Positions 14,863 to 27,370 of a DNA stretch of 64,000 bases are shown in pieces. The DNA comes from Camelus ferus (taxonomy: Eukaryota). Numbering within the stretch: position 1 is the stretch's first letter; each line of letters opens with the position of its first letter. The DNA is taken from the NCBI RefSeq assembly GCF_009834535.1, contig NC_045696.1, positions 49,850,001-49,914,000 on the forward strand, in the 5' to 3' direction. The notes below the pieces were generated by a model that did no database searches, was not told the DNA's origin, and saw only the letters and a list, made by a program, of their open reading frames with translations. Both the position numbers and the translations under genes were made by a program.

Positions 14863-15474
14863 AGAAACGGGGATGTGGAGGTTTCTTTTTTTCTTATTGA
14901 GGTAAAATTGGTTTGAAACATTATATAAATTTCAGGCATGCAACATTATAAATTGATATTTATATACACCCCAAAGTGATCACCTCCCTAAGTCTAGTTA
15001 CCATCCTCCACCATGCAAGTGACCCCTTCACCCATTTCAGCCCCGACCCCTGTGCAGTGTGGGGCTTCCTAAGAAGCATCACTGAGGGTTAGGAATTAGA
15101 TTTTTTAATATTCTTGAGTAGATGCAGGCAAAAATTTAAATGACTTGTAAATATTTGAGGGATGTTGGACTGTGTCCTTGTGAGGCAACCTTGCCTTGAG
15201 GCTGGGTTCTGAGAGTACTAACTCACATTAGAGTAACGTTCAGAAATCTTTAGTTTGGGTATGCAAAGCTGACTGCTAGGTCCCTTTAACATTCATTGTA
15301 TAGCAACGAGGCAGCTCAGTTTCTGAACTGGACCCGGCGGAGGTAAATTGATTCCTTGCCTCTGAAAGCTAGCTTGCATGTGGGAGCCCATCCTTCTCAA
15401 GCGAGAATGTGAGGGGGTGAGAACTGGCTTTGAGGCACCTCTAGAAGTTCACATGCAGAACACAACACCTAAAA

Positions 15475-15522
15475 ATGGACAAAGGAAACAGTGATGTTTC
15501 ATCAAAACCTGCTGATGTGAAT
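15475..15522 (+). CDS. TMPRSS7: TMPRSS7 coding exon 1 (MDKGNSDVSSKPADVN)
   Basis: ATG in strong context aaaATGg, donor GTAAGT at 15523. Resembles the recalled human N-terminus MDKENSDVS. Confidence 0.85.
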
Positions 15523-17199
15523 GTAAGTACAGAGTGAGACGCCTTCTCTGTTACTCAAATTCCATTTCTTGTTGACCCTGTTAGTAAAATGAGACTGGGT
15601 TACTTTATAAAAATAAAAGGGAACAAGAATAAAATACTGTATCTTCCTTTGGTACTTAATGGAGTTTACGAATGTGAGCTTGTTTTAAAGTGCTTACTTG
15701 GCAATTGATTTGCAGCTGTTTTTCTAAAACTCCAGGGTAATTGTGCTGATCTCTACACAAATTCCATTTTAAAATTTAATCAGGGCTAACCGAGACTGAG
15801 CTTAAAGTGTATAAAGTATAATGTGTTACTGTGCTTAAAGACCCAACCTCGGCCTTGTCGGTCCTACATGGGCTAGCATTTCTGTGTTTCCCTTTTTTTA
15901 CTTCTTTGGGGGAATGTTTGAAAGTAACTTGACACCGCAGTCAACTCATCCTCCAACAGAATGTTTTTCTCTTCAGAAACAGCACCCTTACTCCTACAGG
16001 GAAGCGCATTAAATGAGGTCTGGTCTAGTTCAATTTCACCAGGAGGGATAGAAGCTACGTTTTGCTCCAGGGGTGGACAAAGGTGTTTGGCAAAAAGAAT
16101 GAGGGAGCCATGAATAATTGAGAATGTACTTGGCCACATATTAGCCCATTCATTGGTAGGATTAAAGATGGGAAGATATGTGCTTTGTTGGGAACAGTGA
16201 AGGAGAGTAATAGAGAATGAGGCAACTCTTAGAGGAGAACGCCAAAGAGAGATGATTTCTTTGGAACTGGTGTTCTAGATTCTGGCCTTTAAAAGAATGT
16301 GTGGTTAAGAGTTGTTCCGTCACTGAAGCTTAGTTACCCTGACATGTCTAAATCTCTCCTTCAAAGAAGCTAAACTCTCGCTTACATTATTGAAGAATTT
16401 ACAGCATCAAATGACAGAGGGTAGAGAAGAAAAAAAAAGAAGGGGGAAACAGTTAAATAATGTATTTTTTTTCCTGTCGCACAGAACACTTTGCACATCA
16501 GTGCAATAATACCAGTAATTTTCTAATCTGAGGCTTCTGTTTCAGTCTTTATTTTTCAATCATTCTTTCATTTGTAATTGAGAACCCGAGTCACAATCAG
16601 TTCGGTGGCTGGCTTTGAAGTACATGCACGTGAGGCAACAGTGAAATAAGCCCTTTGATCCCTGTCCTACAGCCCTACACAAACCAGAGCATCTTCCTTA
16701 ACGTTTTCTTCTTACCACCAGGTCAGGAAACCCTAATTAGGAAATCAACTCATTTCTCTGAGGAACTCACTTATGTTCTTACTTTCAATCCTGCCTCAGC
16801 CCAGAAGACACTGATTGTGGGAGAAAAGCTATATGATACAAGTGCATACATCCCCAGAGCTGTGCACGCATGACTCGAGCCACATAGGAGCCTAACCTTG
16901 GGATCTTCAGGTCCTCTGGTCTACACTCCATAAAATTCAGGACTATCCTCTACAGCATCTATGTAGTGGAGTTAGAGAGTTGAGGAAAGGACTTGGGAAC
17001 CATTTCACTAGAGTTCATACAATGTCTTTTTTCTCTGATTGATCTTCACTATGTGATTCAATGCAAGTCAATTTAGTACGCTTACATAAATAACTTGACT
17101 GACTCATTTAGGCCTTTCAGCACTAAGATTCTCCTGCCGGGGTGATTGCATTTCAGCTCTAGACTGCTTCTGATTGATAACTCTTTTATTTTTTGGAAG

Positions 17200-17407
17200 A
17201 TATCCAATATCTCAGTTCAGGTGGTCAGTGCCCAAGGGAGGCCACCAGAGAGACGACCACCAAGAAAGCCCATCAGCAAAGCCAAACCCAAGAAGCAGCT
17301 CAAGAAGAAAGCTCCCTTCTGGAACATCCAAAACAAAATCATCCTCTTCACGGTGTTTCTCTTCATCCTAGCGGTCACAGCCTGGACACTGCTGTGGCTC
17401 TACATCA
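17200..17407 (+). CDS. TMPRSS7: TMPRSS7 exon 2 (basic cytoplasmic tail + type II transmembrane anchor)
   Basis: ISNISVQVVSAQ...QNKIILFTVFLFILAVTAWTLLWLYI. AG 17198-17199, donor GTGAGT 17408. Confidence 0.93.
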
Positions 17408-18806
17408 GTGAGTTAAATCCGTGTGCCTTTGGGGTTAGGGTTTGCCCTGTGGGTTCTGCTCAGCAAGGCAGGCTCAATCTGCCCCTGGGGGGTGTCTGGT
17501 AGAATTTTCTTATTTCCCTGACTGATAGCCATTTTCAAAACTGTTGAGGTTTTAAGGAGGAAGAAACCCGAATGGTCGTTCTTATTTCTTCTTTTGCCAC
17601 CACTGCTCTCTTCCCAGAGGAGCAGAGATGGGGAATAGGATGAGAATGCTTGAGAGCTTTGACTGGTTCAGAAATGTAATGCATTTTTAGCTTAAAAAAA
17701 AAAATGAATGGAATGCTAGGCTGTTGTATTTCCTCATCCACCCACTGCCTGTTCCTAGGCAACCTTGGATTTCCAGCTCCCTGAGCTTCATTTTACTCCT
17801 GCGCCTGTCTCTCGTTTTTGTATTTCTGTCTATCCAATGGATTACATTTTTGTCAATCTTATTGATCCTTTTGGATAGGAGTCATAACTGAGTTCTTCCT
17901 TAGAGAGCACTTACCTGTGCAGCTCAGGAACTATAGTATTTATTGATTCATGCTGGGCTTCCCACCTTATGCATCTTAATATATTTGATGCAAGGTATGT
18001 GTACTCTCAAGGATATGGAAATTTGGTTGGAAAGCCAGATTTATAGGCAAAGGATTAATGAATATTGTCTTGAGCTGTTCAGGTCACTTATAATATCAAT
18101 ATATAAATCAATATATAAATTGATCACCTTTTCGTGGCCCAGTGTAAGACATTAGGCATATCAAGATGCGTCTCCTACTTTCAAAAAGCTCACAGATGCA
18201 CTTTCTACTTTCAAAAAACTCACAGTTCGGTGCTGGAGAGGGAATGTGAGTTGATTTTTTTTCTTTCTTCCTTTTTTTTTTTCACTTGAGCAATTACTTT
18301 GCAATCACAGAAGGGAGACATCTGACCCGCTCAGGGATAGAGTCTAGATAAGGCTTCATGAACTGGTTCCTGAAAATTCCTTAGACACATCTTGGGAGGG
18401 CCCACTATGAACTGAGCCCCATGACAGGCTCCGGATAGAGCAATAGACAAGAAAGACTCTGTCTTTACAGACTAGTATGGGAAGTCAAGCCAATAAGCAA
18501 CTAAGAAACACAAAATTACACACAATCCCAACCCAGAACAGGCCAACTTATTTCCCATCAGTTCTCTGCTAGCCCTGAACTGATATGTTTGCACTACCCT
18601 AGCATTTCTATGTACAGTTTTGGGACATCACTGTGTAGAGGTAATTTGTTGATTGTGTGAGAATCAGACAAGGGCATTTCAGGAAGACAGACCAGTCTGA
18701 GCAAAGGAAAACTGAGAAATTTATGAAAAAGTGAGAATTTTTCAATTAAACAAGAGAGGTTAGTTTTGACACAAGAAATTTGGGCATGGAAGGTGGCCTT
18801 GAGAAA

Positions 18807-19209
18807 TGTTAAAAAACAAAAATTAAACCAAGCAAATCTAGTTGGTTGTAGATCTAACTGGCTTTATTCAATGGCTCATGAGTCCGTAACATCCCATCTA
18901 GTAAATAAAAGGGCACTCTGAGTGGGTGTGTGAAATGGACCATTTTTTTAGGCAGGAGGGTGGGGCAAGGAAGCACAATAGTGAAAGAAAAGAAAGGATT
19001 GTTCAGGGACAGGCCATCTTCTTTTGGGGGTAGGGAGCAGCAGGGCTCTTTATCATGCAGATTACTTCACTAGAGTTGATCTGGACATTTCCAATTGTCT
19101 GTTTAAAGGTCACATTCCTGGGAGAGACTGAAATTGCAATTAAGTCTTGGTCTGAAGTCGGTCATGGGAGTAAGTGACTCCATTTGGGGCTTGTGATTTC
19201 TTTTTAACA
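18807..19209. mobile_element. Solo ERV LTR
   Basis: Perfect inverted termini TGTTAAAAA...TTTTTAACA and perfect 4-bp TSD GAAA (18803-18806 / 19210-19213). Confidence 0.8.
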
Positions 19210-19388
19210 GAAATGAGGTGCACAGCTCATCAGGGAGACCTTGTGTGGCTTGTGCACTGGGCTGAGCTCAGAGTGAGATAAACATAATCTTGCTGAAGGC
19301 TAAACTGACCTCTCTTGCATTGTTAACCCCTTGAGAACTTACTGATAGAAGAAGGATATATGTGCTTCTAAGTAGAAGTCTCGGGTTT

Positions 19389-19898
19389 TGTCGACGGAAA
19401 TGAAATGCGCAACAGAAAGGTTGAGAGTTATGTTTTATTCGGTGGACGTTTCTGAGGACTTGAACCCCTCGAGCCTGGGATGACAGCCTCTCAGATTGCT
19501 CTGAGGGACTGCTCTGCAGAGGTAAGGGAAGAGCCAGGATACACAGGAGTTTTTGCAACAAAGACCAGGTAGTTAGAACATCATAGATTACTGTTAATTA
19601 AAGAAAACCAGATAGCTTAAGTTAAGGAATTTAGTGCTTTTCTATGCACGGGAAGATGCAAAGGTCTGGGCTCAATGAAACCCTTCCTTTGATACACACC
19701 AACTATCCAGGGCCAGAATCCTGTGCTTTCACATATCTCAGGGTGCACTGTTGCAGGGGTGGCTGCAGAGGCCAGGCTGCCTGCTTGTCTGCATCTGAGT
19801 CCCCCAGCTCACTGTCGGAGGTGGCAGTAGTGGCTGACGACTTGAGGGCCACAGTATTCTTTGTTTACTGATATGACTTGCGGTATTTTTTGTTCACA
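19389..19898 (-). mobile_element. Solo ERV1-type LTR
   Basis: TG...CA ends, near-TSD GTTT/CTTT, TTTATT (AATAAA on minus) near the left end. Confidence 0.75.
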
Positions 19899-20039
19899 CT
19901 TTCATTCAAATTTTAAAGAATCTACAGGGAAAAAGAAAATCTAAGAATTACATTCCTGGTAAAATCAGAGATGAAAACTACTATTGCTTTATACAAGGGT
20001 CCTAGTAAAGAAAGGTGATTTGTCCAAGGTCACAAAACT

Positions 20040-20780
20040 TGTCCAGACCAAGTTCATGTGCCTGACAAACAGTGAGGCCAAACAAATCGAAATGTCAGTG
20101 TTTGGAGCAGAGAAAGGTTTATATTAAGGACCAAGCAAGGAGAAAGGCAGCTTGTGCTCAAAAGACCACAAATCTCTGATGGTCTGCAGGGAAGAATTTT
20201 TAAAGGCACATTTTTGGAAGAGGGCTGCAGTGTGTGTGACTTTCTTCTAATTGGTTGGTGGTGAGGTAACAGGGCTGTGTTTCAGGAATCCCAGCCATTA
20301 GCCTCTGGTTCTAACCAGTCTGAGGTCCACTTGCTTGTGCTCAGCCTCGTCACTGTCCTCCACCTGGGTGGGGGCCTTACTTCTTGTAGAAGAGAGATGT
20401 ATCAGATGGTCATGTACATCCTTTGAGGAGGAACTAGAAACCCGCTTTATTGCTGCACTATTGTTTCTTGACTGCTTTTCATTTGTTTCTGCATCCCCTC
20501 ACTTCCCTAATTAGTAGCAGTCTGAATCTGCTCTTTGGAACTCAGGGAAGGTCTGGGAGGTCGAAGTCCTTTTCCTACAAACAAGAAATGAGGAACATGG
20601 AAAGGTTTTTCTACCCAGGAGGGCCCCATAGGTTCCTGCTCGGTTTTCATACTCCCTTTTCTTTAATACTCCTTCATCTTGAGGTGAGCAGGCGTGGGAC
20701 AAGAGAAGGAATAAATTTTGGATAGAGACGTTAGTCATGAAGTTGGCAGAGAAGGTCGGTTTTAAGGGGACTTGGTTTCA
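20040..20780 (-). mobile_element. Solo ERV1-type LTR
   Basis: Start resembles a recalled cetartiodactyl ERV1 LTR (...CAGTGAGGCCAAACAAATCGAAATGTC...GGAGCAGAGAAAGGTTTAT), ends GGTTTCA. Boundaries approximate. Confidence 0.7.
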
Positions 20781-20989
20781 TAAGTCAAAAGAACAAATGT
20801 AGGAGAGGTGCTCAGGCCTCCTGCCACTTCACCACACTCCACAGCCTCACTACGCTGCCCGGGGCTAATGTGACCTGGCATGGATCACACAGGGAGGCTG
20901 CTTCCTGCTGTTTACATAAGTTACACCTTTTTTAAAAAAATATTTTTAAGGCAATTTTATTGTGATATAATTTCTGTACAATAAACCAT

Positions 20990-21570
20990 ATATCCAGAGA
21001 AAAAAATAATTAGAAAAGACACATGCACCCCAATGTTTACAGCAGCACTATTTACAGCAGCCAAGACATGGAAACAACCTAAATGTCCATCACCAGATGA
21101 CTGGATAAAGATGTGGTATATATACATAATGGACTATTACTTAGCCATACAAAAGAACAAAATTTTCCGATTTGCAACAACATAGATGAACCTGGAGGAT
21201 ATTATGCTTAGTGAAATAAGTCAGCCAGAAAAAGACAAATACTATATGTTAGTACTTATATGTGGAATCTTAAAAAAAATAAAACAAACGAACGTAACAA
21301 AACAGAAACAGACTGACAGATACAGAGAATGAACTAGTGGTTACCAGTAGGGAGAGGCATGGAAGAGGGGCAAGATACGGGTAGTGGATTAATAGAGTTA
21401 CAAACGCTATGTAGAAAATAAATAAGATATAAGGATATATTGTACAACACAGGGCATATAGCCAATATTTTATAACTTTAAATGGAGTATAATGCCATTT
21501 GCAGCAATATCCATGGACCTGGAGATCATCATTCTAAGTGAAGTAAGCCAAAAAGAGAAAGAAAAATGCA
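20990..21570 (+). mobile_element. L1 3' region fragment(s)
   Basis: AAAGACACATGCACCCCAATGTT...GGAAACAACCTAAATGTCCATC (ORF2 C-terminus) and 3' UTR motifs. Confidence 0.85.
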
Positions 21571-22224
21571 CCTTCTTTTTAATGCAGCCATCACTTCTTT
21601 AGCATTTCCACCTGCTGGGCATTGTGCTTAGAGACTGTTCTCTCCCTCTCTTCTTTTTTCTCCCTTCTTGCCTGTGAACATCTATTGAGCTTCCAAGCTA
21701 AATCAGGCACTCACTACCCTATGTTATGGACTGAAAGACAGCAGTAAGACCTTGTAACAAAAAGGAAAGGCTGAAAGGAAAGTCCCCATCTCCTGAAGCT
21801 ATTCTCAGGTGCCTGTAGGCAGCTCAGACCCAGCATTGTTGCTGACTGTCTGGTCAGCAGTTTCTGGCCCCACCTGATGCCCCGTCCCATGGCCCTCACC
21901 GGGCAGGGTATTGAGCAGGTGTGACCTGATACTGGGCTGAGGACCACACTTTGTGGATGAATTGTCCACGCTCTGCCCAGAGCTGAAGACTGGCCCGGCA
22001 CCCGGGGCATCAGCCACACAAGTCAGAAAGGGGCTCAGTGCCTGCGGCTTGGTGAAGGGTGAGGGGGCCCTTCCCCCTCCTCCCACTGGGCTCATGTCCC
22101 TTCAGAGCTTGGCTGTGTGCATTTCTTACCTCCTTACCTTCCACAGACTCGAGATCTATGAACGTTGTCTCTGCTCTTTTTGGCCCCTTAGTAACTCTAG
22201 AACATGTAGAAAGTCAAAAAAGTC

Positions 22225-22696
22225 TGTAACTGAGCAGGACCCTGTGAGGTCTTCACGGGACAGATGCCTCCCCAACTTCCTCTGCTGCAGCTCCTCTCGG
22301 AAGGACCCAGATAATAGTATCTCACGAAAATTTCCTGAGTTTTTCAAATGCTAAAACCCACCACCAAAGGGAAGAAGTTAACTACCTGAGGATGGAACAT
22401 GGCCTCAGGCCTTCTGGCGCCCAGAGGTTGATAGTGTTGACCGTCCTGTGACCTCAGCATCGGCCAATCAGAGAGTCGTGCACAAGCTGATCACGTACCC
22501 TGTGACCCCCCTCCCTTACCTGACCTTTAAGAATGTTTTGCTGAAACCCTTTGGGGAGCTCAGGGTTTTCCTGGGTGTGAGCCACCCCTTTCTCCTTGCT
22601 CAGGCCTGCAGTAAACTTTTCTCTGCTGCAAACTCCGGCGTTTCGGTTTCTTCAGCCTCACGGTTCCTCGGGCACAAGAACTCGAATCCGGGAACA
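22225..22696 (+). mobile_element. Solo ERV LTR, sense orientation, 255 bp upstream of TMPRSS7 exon 3
   Basis: TGTAAC...GAACA termini, near-TSD AGTC/GGTC, internal CCAAT box and AGTAAA poly(A)-like signal. Confidence 0.75.
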
Positions 22697-22951
22697 GGTC
22701 TATCTTTTACCTTTTAATCTTGTTCTTAAGTATTGGCCAGAGCGGATAGAAAGAATAAAGAGGTAGGCTGATTACTGCTGATGGAAGAGATGTTGTTAAT
22801 TACATTTAGAGCTTCACAGGCTGTGACCAGTAAACTACAAAGCTGTCTAGAATAAAGGCATTTTAGGAGCCTGCACTGACAGAGATCAGACATTGTCTCG
22901 CAGCCACACAGATGGAAAAGCCTCCTAACCACCTTCTCTCTTGGCTTACAG

Positions 22952-23082
22952 GTAAGACAGAGAGCAGAGATGCTTTTTACTTTGTGGGGATGTTTCGCCT
23001 CACCAACATTGAATTTCTTCCTGAATACCGGCAGAAGGAGTCCAGGGAATTTCTGTCAGTGGCACAGACTGTGCAGCAAGTG
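22952..23082 (+). CDS. TMPRSS7: TMPRSS7 exon 3 (SEA domain start)
   Basis: (S)KTESRDAFYFVGMFRLTNIEFLPEYRQKESREFLSVAQTVQQV. AG 22950-22951, donor GTGAGG. Confidence 0.95.
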
Positions 23083-25445
23083 GTGAGGCGATGGGGGGAG
23101 CTTGAGAGTCTGGGGAAGGTGAGGTTGGGGGTGGGGCGGGAGGTGGCGGTGGGGGTCACTGTGTTGCAGCTGAGCAGGGCGGATGAAGGAAGAACTCAGG
23201 GAAGCAAGGGATTTAGTGCATCTTGGTTGTAAGATAAAATTGCTTATTTGATAGAACTGCTTATTTATTTTTTTTCTGCTGAAAGTAAAACAAAATGTGT
23301 CTCTGAGCTTCAGTGTTTCTTATCTATAAAATAAAGGAACTGGATCAAGTGATCTTTAAAATACCCTGTAGTACAGAAGTTACGTGCATACTGATGATTC
23401 TTTGACCCATACACATTTATTTCAACCCTGATGCACTGGCATCTCTTTACTTAAAAAAAAAAAAAAAACTTTCATATTGTAGAACTAATACATATGTATT
23501 GTAAAACATTTTAAAAAATTTAAAGAAGTATTTAAAAAATAAAATCTTTAACATCGTCTCCAGAGACAGAGCCCCTTTTGATTCTGGACCACGTGGACGT
23601 AGGACATAACTGCAATATTGAGGTATTCGTAGATACTCAGTTTTATAATCTGATTTTTTCCTCTTCATATTAGGTTGCATGTTTCTATGCAAGTAAACAT
23701 TCTTTAAAAAGCATAAGTTTGGATAGCTACAAAGTTAGCAAGTGCTTTTTTATTGGATATTTGTTTCCAATTTTTTTTAAAAGCACAACTGGTCCAATGG
23801 AAAGACATCTGTTCCTGGCTCTTGGTACCTGTCGCCAGTTAGAAAGCTTCTGCCAGTTTGCACGTTCACAGTGATGGAGAGGGTGGCCTAGCGGGGGCGA
23901 GACGCCTGCGGTGACAGGCACACTGGGGTATAGAATGGAGGAGAACCGAGAGAGAGCAAAGGCTACAGTGGGCATAGCAGCTCTTACTGACCGAAGGCCT
24001 CCTATGTACTGGGTAAATCGCAGAACCCTTCACCTTTCCTATATGTCAGTTATTCCTCAAATTAGCCCAAAGGGCTAGACATTTAAAAAAAATTCTCTTT
24101 ACCATTTTTCCTAGTCACAAGCAGTATTCCTCCTTCCCCACCCAAAGCCATTCCTCTCTACTGCTGGAGCGATCCTTTAAAAACAGTATTTCACCTTCAG
24201 TTGAAGGATAAAGTACTGATTCTTAAGAATGGCAGGCAAGCACTTTTCTAATTCTGTCCCCTGATTGTCCCAGTCTCATTTCTTACCACTTTCTCCCCAA
24301 AGAAACCTTGTGACCTAAGGCAGTCATTACTTGTGTTATGAATAATCACTGTTCTTGCGTGTTTGGGGGCCCTGATTTAGTGCTATTCTCTCTGGACCCA
24401 AAGCCTTCTGTCCAATCTCTACTGAGTGAAATTTCATCCATCATTCATGACCCATCCAGGGGCCTCCTTTTCTGTGAAGTCCTCCCCGGCCTCCTGCAGA
24501 GTCAATGCTGGCTTTGAGTAAACCCTGTTTGTATAGTTTGTATTACATTCAATACATTTCATTGCAGTTATTCAACAACCTGCCCAAAGAGGTAGGCATT
24601 TTGATCACATTTTTACAGATTAAAAAAGAAAGAACAAAAGAGAAAAAGGAAAAAAAGGAGGCTCAGCAGGTCTAGGTAACGTGTTATGTGTTGCAAGGTG
24701 AATTTAGACTCCACAGCCCATTTTTTTTCATGATGCTATATTATTTCTAAGGTTTTTTGGTTTTTGTTTTTTGTTTTTTCTCCTGGTAGGTGATTTTGCC
24801 TCTTTGTCAGAAGGGGAATACAGGAGAAGTTTTGGCAGAAGAAATTGGTTTTAGAAATACTAAGTAATGGCAAAATAAAAAAAGGTCAATTGATCGAAAT
24901 AGCTCTCTTTTGAGCTTCATTTATGGTGTTTTAAAAGCTGGGTGCTTCCCTGGAAACTAGAGAGTTCTGAAGGGGATGAAGACCTGACTGTGGGCACCCT
25001 CTGCCCTCTAGTGGCTAATATAGGAACGTGTCCTTGAGAATATAAATTTTCCGTACTGTGCATTGATAAAAAAGAGATTGGGTCAAATATTTTGAAAATG
25101 TGCTTAAAGAAGTTTGATTTACTCATTGTGGAGAAAATGAACCTTTGGAGTAGGCAGAATGCAGAAGTTAAGCTTGATTAGGGTGTATAAAGACAACAAT
25201 AAATGGGTAAAGGTAACTGATGAATCTTCACAGACAGCGGAATGACAGTAGGTAACCCAAGACTGCTACAGAAAGTAAGAATTTATTTGAATTCAAGATA
25301 CAATGTCTGGGTTTGGCATTAGAGGCTTCTAGTTGGAGTCTTGCTTTTCTCCTTGCTAGCTGTCCAAGCTTGGAACTACAGCACGCTGGGTACCAAGTTC
25401 AAGAGACTTTTGACACCTTGGTTCATTTTTTTTTTTTTGTTTCAG

Positions 25446-25513
25446 TTAAACCTGGTTTATACAACATCTGCCTTTTCCAAATTCTACAAGCAGTCTGTCG
25501 TTGCAGAGGTCAG
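25446..25513 (+). CDS. TMPRSS7: TMPRSS7 exon 4 (SEA)
   Basis: LNLVYTTSAFSKFYKQSVVAEV(S). Long poly-T tract + CAG, donor GTAATG. Confidence 0.93.
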
Positions 25514-26596
25514 GTAATGAGTGCATCTTGCTTTGGGACTTGTCCGTTCATTGCTGTAAATTCCTTGAAAGGCTGTGGAAGGGCTGAAATAGTGCCATTC
25601 TCAAGTAACTTCCTGTTAGCACACTAGTGACCCAATTCTTTGCCAAGCTGTCATGCTGGGTTTTTCTCTTCACTTACTAAAGCCTGCTGTCTCCCCAGAA
25701 CTGGGACCCTGGACTTCTGCATTAAGGCCACTGGGCAAAATGGCTGTAAACATGGTCACTATATTGGGTGGGGGCAAAAATAAAACACAGGCCAATGTCT
25801 CTCTAAACATGTTCAATATGTAAAAATACTGATCACTAGAGATCTTCTGAGAAAAAAAAGGATCCCATGGTCAAATAATTTTTAAGAAACATTGTGCATC
25901 GTGAACTGCATCCCACCTTCCCCCACTCTCTATAGATCTGTGGAAATTCACAGATTAAAGGCACTGAGAAGTCTTGGAGTAAAGCAATTTGTTTCTTTTC
26001 CTTCACCTTCCATTTCCAAAATTTATGCTTTACAACACTATGTTTTTTTTCCCCCCGTAAAACATGGCAATATTTGTGTAGTTAGGAGCTTCTGCTCCAG
26101 GGTCAGACTGAAAACCAAATTAGGCTTGATTCCAAGACTTGCTACTTAGGAGTCGTGTGATTTTTGAGCTGTAGAGGACCTTAATTTCCTCATCTGTAAT
26201 ACTGGGATAATAATAAGACCTTCCTCATAAGATTAAGTGGGATAAAGCAGATGTAGCCCTGTGTCTGGACATGGTGAGGTAGCAGACATTCTAACTTGTT
26301 GTTTGTAATAGCAGTGAATACTGAGTGATTTCTGCAGAAATAGTATATTCTCCATAGAGATGCAAAATATACTAACTGTTCTAGATTTGAACCCAGCACA
26401 AGAATACACATACCATGGTGCTTTGCTTTTCAAATTCCCTTAATAGGAGTCAATGATTTCCTAAAGAAGGAAATGGTGCTCAGTTGAAGGATGTGCGCAT
26501 TGGCTTTACCTTGAGGTTATCAGTTGGGTCACTGGCTCCTTAGGAAAGTCCGCTTCCTAAGAGGTATCCCTGAACTTCTTTCTCTTTTCACTGTAG

Positions 26597-26790
26597 CAGT
26601 AACAACAAAGGTGGGCTCCTTGTGCACTTTTGGCTTGTGTTTGTCATGCCAAATGCCAAGGGCCATGTCTTCTGTGAGGACTGCGTGGCTGCCATCCTGA
26701 AGGACTCCATCCAGACGAGCATCATAAACCGGACCTCGGTGGGGAGCTTGCAGGGTCTGGCCGTGGACATGGACTCTGTGGTACTAAATG
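26597..26790 (+). CDS. TMPRSS7: TMPRSS7 exon 5 (SEA)
   Basis: SNNKGGLLVHFWLVFVMP...GLAVDMDSVVLN. TAGCAG acceptor, donor GTGATT. Confidence 0.93.
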
Positions 26791-26879
26791 GTGATTGTGA
26801 AGTCATTCTTTAAGCTTTCCTTCCTGCAGCACTCCTGTTATGCCCTTATCATAGTCAGTATTGTAATAAAGTGCCATCT

Positions 26880-27370
26880 TCCCTCAGTATCCATGGACTC
26901 CACTTTTGTGGATTCGACCAACTGTGGATAGAAAATATTTGGAAAAAATAATTCCAGAAAGCTCCAAAAAGCAAAACTTCAATTTGTTGCAGGCTGGCAA
27001 CTATTTACAAAGCATTTACATTGTATTAGGTATTAGAAGTCATCTAGAGATGATTTGAAGTATAAAGGAGGATATGCATAGGTTTTATGCAAATAGCTTT
27101 TTAAAAAAATTGAAGTATAGTTGATTTACAATTCTGTGTTAGCTTCTGGTGTACAGCATAATGATCCAGTTATAGATATACATATTCTTTTTCATTATAG
27201 GTTTTTACAAGATATTGAATATAATTCCCTGTGCTATACAGGAGGACCTTGTTGTTTACCTATTTTGTACATTACTACACCATTTTACATAAGGGATTTG
27301 AGTATCCATGGTTTTGGAATCTGTGGGGGTCCTGGATCCAATCCTCCCTGGATACTGAGGAATAACTGTG
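26880..27370. mobile_element. MER2/Tigger-derived DNA element interrupted by an L1 3' fragment (~27100-27270, minus)
   Basis: Inverted ends CCTCAGTATCCA...TGGATACTGAGG. MER2-like body broken after TATGCAAATA and resuming at CTACACCATTTTAC. Confidence 0.75.

Noticed and set aside
21900..22041. Minus-strand 142-nt exon-like segment (CAG| ... |GTGAGG) as a possible exon 3 of the CD200-like unit
   Set aside because: Phase-1 entry hits a stop after about 9 codons, and there are no Ig features.
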